A program made the position numbers and the translations under genes. Shown here one piece after another: positions 39,853 to 42,798 of a stretch of 42,798 bases of DNA (its first letter is position 1; every line of letters begins with the position of its first letter). The stretch comes from a virus. The stretch covers positions 1-42,798 of the IMG/VR virus record IMGVR_UViG_3300045988_053235, one strand, 5' to 3'. The notes below the pieces were generated by a model, which had not been told where the DNA came from, searched no databases, and saw only the letters and a program-made list of their open reading frames with translations.

Positions 39853-40517
39853 AGGTTCTATTGGCCTGCGAGGAATCACAAGAAGAGTGTAAGGCTTTCC
39901 GGGCATTGGGGCACGAGGCATATTCATGCGACATTCAGGAGCCGTCCGGCGGACACCCAGAGTGGCATATTCTGGGCGATGCGCTCAAGGCCATCGAGGG
40001 GGGGCAAGTGACCACAATGGACGGGCAGACGCATGACGTTGGCAAATGGGATATGATTATTGCTTTCCCGCCCTGCACCAAAACCAGCAACGCCGGAGCG
40101 CGGCACTTGTATAGGGGCGGCAAGCTCAATATTAAGCGGTATTATGAGGGCTTGTGCGGCAAAGCGCTGTTTTTAGCTATTTGGGCAGCGGATTGTGAAA
40201 AAGTTGTGATTGAAAATCCGACGCCGAGTAAAGTCTTTGAGTATCCAGAGCCAACCCAAGCCATACAGCCCTATCAATACGGGCACCCGTTTAGCAAAAA
40301 AACCTTGCTGTGGGAGCGTGGTGTCCAACCGTTGGAGCCGACACACATCGTTGAACCGACAGCAACATGGTGCCCGAGTGGCAGTTACAGCCATAAGCAT
40401 GGTGAACAGCATAAAGGCATGTTTACCACGGATAGAGCAAAAAACCGCGCAAAGACCTTCCCCGGCATTGCCAGAGCTATGGCGGAGCAATGGGGCGGAG
40501 ACATTAGGGAGGAATGA
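39849..40517 (+). CDS. DNA C5-cytosine methyltransferase-like protein with non-canonical motif I
   Basis: FPPC (PC catalytic motif) and VIENP (ENV-like motif) are present. The N-terminus VLLACEESQ sits where FxGxG is expected. 222 aa. Confidence 0.6.
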   Translation: MKVLLACEESQEECKAFRALGHEAYSCDIQEPSGGHPEWHILGDALKAIEGGQVTTMDGQTHDVGKWDMIIAFPPCTKTSNAGARHLYRGGKLNIKRYYEGLCGKALFLAIWAADCEKVVIENPTPSKVFEYPEPTQAIQPYQYGHPFSKKTLLWERGVQPLEPTHIVEPTATWCPSGSYSHKHGEQHKGMFTTDRAKNRAKTFPGIARAMAEQWGGDIREE

Positions 40518-40519
40518 CC

Positions 40520-41017
40520 ATGCACATCGGCGAACCATTTAGCTGGAAGCCTGCCGCATTTGAGGGCAGCAACGGCATTATGAGCGTGACCACGAAAGAG
40601 ACGACTGCGCACGGGCGCGTCGTCTACATCAACGAGGCGCACCGCTACTTTACGGCGGAGGATATCAATGGGAAGAAGCTCAGAGAGAGCTTTAAAATTT
40701 TAACAAAAATCAGGAGGTATTTCATCATGAACAACAAACAGGACTACATCATTCGCTGCGACCGCGCAGGCGTGTTTTTCGGCAAGATAAAGGAAAGAAC
40801 CGGCTCCGAGGTCACCATGACCGAGGTCCGTAAGATTTGGAGCTGGGACGGCGCGTGCGCCGTGGAGCAGTTGGCGCAGGATGGCACAAAAGCACCTGGC
40901 AACTGTCGTTTTACCGTGACGATTCCCGAAATGACCGTGCTGGGCGCGATTCAGATCATCCCGTGCACAGATGCCGCGTCGGCATCTCTCCGCGGCGTAA
41001 AGGAGTGGAAGAGATGA
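40520..41017 (+). CDS. Hypothetical protein; contains an in-frame internal RBS+ATG (40727), suggesting two products or a fused gene pair
   Basis: ATG 40520 follows GGGAGGA. An internal AGGAGG, 8 nt, then ATG lies at 40727 within an AT-rich linker. Confidence 0.55.
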   Translation: MHIGEPFSWKPAAFEGSNGIMSVTTKETTAHGRVVYINEAHRYFTAEDINGKKLRESFKILTKIRRYFIMNNKQDYIIRCDRAGVFFGKIKERTGSEVTMTEVRKIWSWDGACAVEQLAQDGTKAPGNCRFTVTIPEMTVLGAIQIIPCTDAASASLRGVKEWKR

Positions 41018-41787
41018 CGCTTGATGCTAGGGTCAAGGCATTCCTGTCAGTGAACTCCGGCTCCGGCGACGGCTCCGGCTACGGCTCCGGCGACGGCTCC
41101 GGCTCCGGCTACGGCTCCGGCTCCGGCTCCGGCGACGGCTCCGGCTACGGCTCCGGCGACGGCTCCGGCTCCGGCTACGGCTACGGCTCCGGCTCCGGCG
41201 ACGGCTACGGCTACGGCTCCGGCTACGGCTCCGGCTACGGCTCCGGCTCCGGCTCCGGCTACGGCTACGGCTCCGGCTACGGCTCCGGCTACGGCTACGG
41301 CTCCGGCTACGGCGACGGCATTAAACGCTTCAACCGGGAAACAGTCTATCAAATTGACGGCGTAAATACGCTGATTCGTTCCGTGCGCGGCAACACTGCG
41401 CACGGGGCAATCGTGAACAATGATTTGACGCTCACGCCGAGCTACATCGTCAAGCAGGACAATGTTTTTGCGCACGGAGAAACGTTGCGCGAAGCAATGG
41501 AGGCGTTGCGAGACAAGCTTTTCGAGGATATGCCAAAAGAGGAGCGCATTGATGCGTTCCTGCGCGAGACAGACCGCGAAAAAACGTATCCGACACAGTA
41601 TTTTTACGACTGGCATCACCGCCTGACCGGCTCGTGCGACATGGGTCGAAAGCGGTTTGCCCATGACCACGGTGTTGACCTTGAACACGGCATGATGACG
41701 ATTACGGAGTTTTTGGAGCTGACGAAAAATGCTTACGGCGGCGATGTGATTCGAAAAGTAATCAGTAAGATGCAGGAGGTGGAGTGA
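41014..41787 (+). CDS. Protein with ~88-aa Gly-(Ser/Tyr/Asp) dipeptide-repeat N-terminal region and a conserved C-terminal domain
   Basis: ATGA overlap. SGSGDGSGYGSG... repeat followed by a globular domain (FAHGETLREAMEALRDKL...). Confidence 0.8.
   Translation: MTLDARVKAFLSVNSGSGDGSGYGSGDGSGSGYGSGSGSGDGSGYGSGDGSGSGYGYGSGSGDGYGYGSGYGSGYGSGSGSGYGYGSGYGSGYGYGSGYGDGIKRFNRETVYQIDGVNTLIRSVRGNTAHGAIVNNDLTLTPSYIVKQDNVFAHGETLREAMEALRDKLFEDMPKEERIDAFLRETDREKTYPTQYFYDWHHRLTGSCDMGRKRFAHDHGVDLEHGMMTITEFLELTKNAYGGDVIRKVISKMQEVE
41056..41318 (+). repeat. Hexanucleotide tandem repeat GGC-(TCC/TAC/GAC)
   Basis: About 43 consecutive 6-nt units with invariant codon choice (GGC, TCC, TAC, GAC). Confidence 0.9.
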
Positions 41788-42248
41788 TGGTTTCGGACGA
41801 AGCATTGAAAAAGCTGCAAGAGCAAATTGCGGCATGGCCGATGACGCAGCGATTCGTGGTGCAGCAACTCATCGAGGACTACCGGATGGATAGAGAGGAC
41901 TTGCGCGCCTACAAGGCGACGGGCCTGACGCCGGAGGAAGTTGAAAGGTCTAAACTGGAAATCGAAGCCGGATGCGTTAAAGCAATAGCCAGAACGTACG
42001 GAATTGACATCAATCGCCTACGGAAATTGGCCGAGGCCGACAAGGACGGTCGGCTGGTGGGGCTGCCGTGCAAGGTTGGAACCGCGACATATTATATCCA
42101 TTATCCGATTGCGGTTTACCCAGATGAAAGCGAACCGGAAATTAAGAGGGGTATCTTTACTTTGTGCGATTTGGATCGTGTTGGGCACTCCGTTTTTCTC
42201 ACCCGCGAGGAGGCGGAGAAAGCATTGGAGGCAAAACAGAATGGCTGA
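41784..42248 (+). CDS. Hypothetical protein (154 aa)
   Basis: ATGA overlap. Clean ORF. Confidence 0.6.
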   Translation: MMVSDEALKKLQEQIAAWPMTQRFVVQQLIEDYRMDREDLRAYKATGLTPEEVERSKLEIEAGCVKAIARTYGIDINRLRKLAEADKDGRLVGLPCKVGTATYYIHYPIAVYPDESEPEIKRGIFTLCDLDRVGHSVFLTREEAEKALEAKQNG

Positions 42249-42561
42249 GTACATTGAGCGAGAAGCTGTGATTGATCTAATCACACGTCGGTACGAGAAT
42301 CCAGAAATCTGCACGCAGGAAATCAACAGTATTCCCGACGCTGACGTTGCGCCGGTGGTACATGGGCGGTGGGAGCATCTTGGCGGGGACGAGTGGCTTT
42401 GCACGGCGTGTGGCTTTGTCATTACCACTGAGGGCAGTTGGGATAAGCCTACTAAAAAATACTGTGAGGATTGCGGCGCGAAGATGGACGGAGGTGACGG
42501 CGATGCGGTGTGTGTAGAGCCGGACGATTTTTGCAGCTACGGCGAGCCGAAGGAGGGGTAA
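42241..42561 (+). CDS. Zinc-ribbon protein (106 aa)
   Basis: ATG 42241 overlaps the upstream stop. Contains CTAC...CEDC. Confidence 0.6.
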   Translation: MAEYIEREAVIDLITRRYENPEICTQEINSIPDADVAPVVHGRWEHLGGDEWLCTACGFVITTEGSWDKPTKKYCEDCGAKMDGGDGDAVCVEPDDFCSYGEPKEG

Positions 42562-42564
42562 CAC

Positions 42565-42798
42565 ATGGACGTTGTTGGGCGAAAAGTTGTTAAAACGCGG
42601 GCGTCTCATGGGTGCTTCGGCTGCGGGAGAAAATTCGAGCAAGGGGCTATGATGGAGCGCAGTTGCGTTTTCGATGGAACGCCGTGGACGTGCTATCTGT
42701 GCGAGAGCTGTCAGAAAGCGTCTTCTGAGTTAGGATGGCAAGACGAGTATGGATTTGGGGACTTGCGCGAACGTTCGCTCGAGATTGAGAGGGAGGCA
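42565..42798 (+). CDS. 5' part of junction-spanning zinc-ribbon protein (continues at 1..165)
   Basis: RBS AAGGAGGGG, then ATG 42565. The frame stays open to the window end and continues through the terminal repeat. Confidence 0.7.
   Translation, partial: MDVVGRKVVKTRASHGCFGCGRKFEQGAMMERSCVFDGTPWTCYLCESCQKASSELGWQDEYGFGDLRERSLEIEREA
42658..42798. repeat. Terminal direct repeat, copy 2 (identical to 1..141)
   Basis: Exact match to the window start. Confidence 0.95.

Larger units (their letters stand above)
1..42798. mobile_element. Complete temperate tailed-phage genome (siphovirus-like), circular assembly with 141-bp end overlap
   Basis: Full packaging, head, tail, lysis, integration, switch and replication modules. 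Ends are identical over 141 bp. Confidence 0.9.

Noticed and set aside
41056-41318. Possible CRISPR array (also considered for 28909-28954).
   Set aside because: The repeat units are 6 nt and 11-12 nt with no spacers, and no cas genes are present. One is coding low-complexity sequence and the other an attP arm-site cluster.
41047-41835. 262-aa minus-strand ORF (AVAGAGAV... repeats).
   Set aside because: It is the antisense reading of the GGC-NNC repeat and of the downstream + strand gene, so it is an artefact of the simple repeat.
1-42798. Diversity-generating retroelement, retron or other RT-based system, and global TGA recoding.
   Set aside because: No reverse-transcriptase-like ORF exists in any frame. 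TGA terminates many well-supported genes (numerous ATGA overlaps), so the standard bacterial code applies.

Overview
The window is a complete temperate tailed-phage genome of siphovirus type. It was assembled as a circle: bases 1-141 are repeated exactly at 42658-42798, giving a unit length of 42657 bp, and one small zinc-ribbon gene spans the junction. All homology calls come from reading the translated ORFs and from memory of protein families; no searches were run.

Gene order on the + strand:
- Small early or regulatory genes, then a 765-nt ORF-free structured leader.
- terS, terL and portal.
- An unusual insert: three small 'MGGRG...' proteins, a DUF4417-like gene, and a promoter/tRNA-like RNA/terminator unit.
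- MuF-like head morphogenesis protein, then a gene bracketed by two copies of a conserved hairpin+terminator element.
- Scaffold, major capsid protein with a C-terminal Ig-like domain, head-tail joining genes, major tail protein, and chaperones.
- A reverse-strand membrane moron.
- Tape measure, baseplate and fibre genes.
- XhlA-like protein, two holins and an M15 endolysin.

Accessory and lysogeny regions follow:
- A self-contained minus-strand 3-gene cassette (24492-26058).
- A + strand cargo block of seven small genes (26171-28689).
- attP, which carries a tmRNA/tRNA 3' end plus arm repeats.
- Tyrosine integrase overlapping a membrane-anchored XRE protein, then a lipoprotein.
- An AT-rich 3-gene cassette containing the probable CI.
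- A divergent switch, then the early region: Cro-like protein, tiny membrane proteins, YqaJ exonuclease, RecT, SSB, replisome organiser with internal iterons, DnaC-like loader, DUF1064, several HTH proteins, a C5-methyltransferase-like protein, and a Gly-Ser/Tyr/Asp repeat protein.

The host is probably a moderately GC-rich Firmicute (Clostridia-like). This is an inference from RBS style, gene families and the lysis cassette.

The most interesting candidates are:
1. The promoter-to-terminator anticodon-less tRNA-like RNA at 5168-5313.
2. The 765-nt structured leader at 983-1747.
3. The MGGRG-leader protein set between portal and MuF.
4. The covarying AATCGA-loop hairpin/terminator elements.
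5. The two lysogeny-side accessory cassettes.
6. A small Cys-rich ORF interrupted by an in-frame TGA in a CxxU context.
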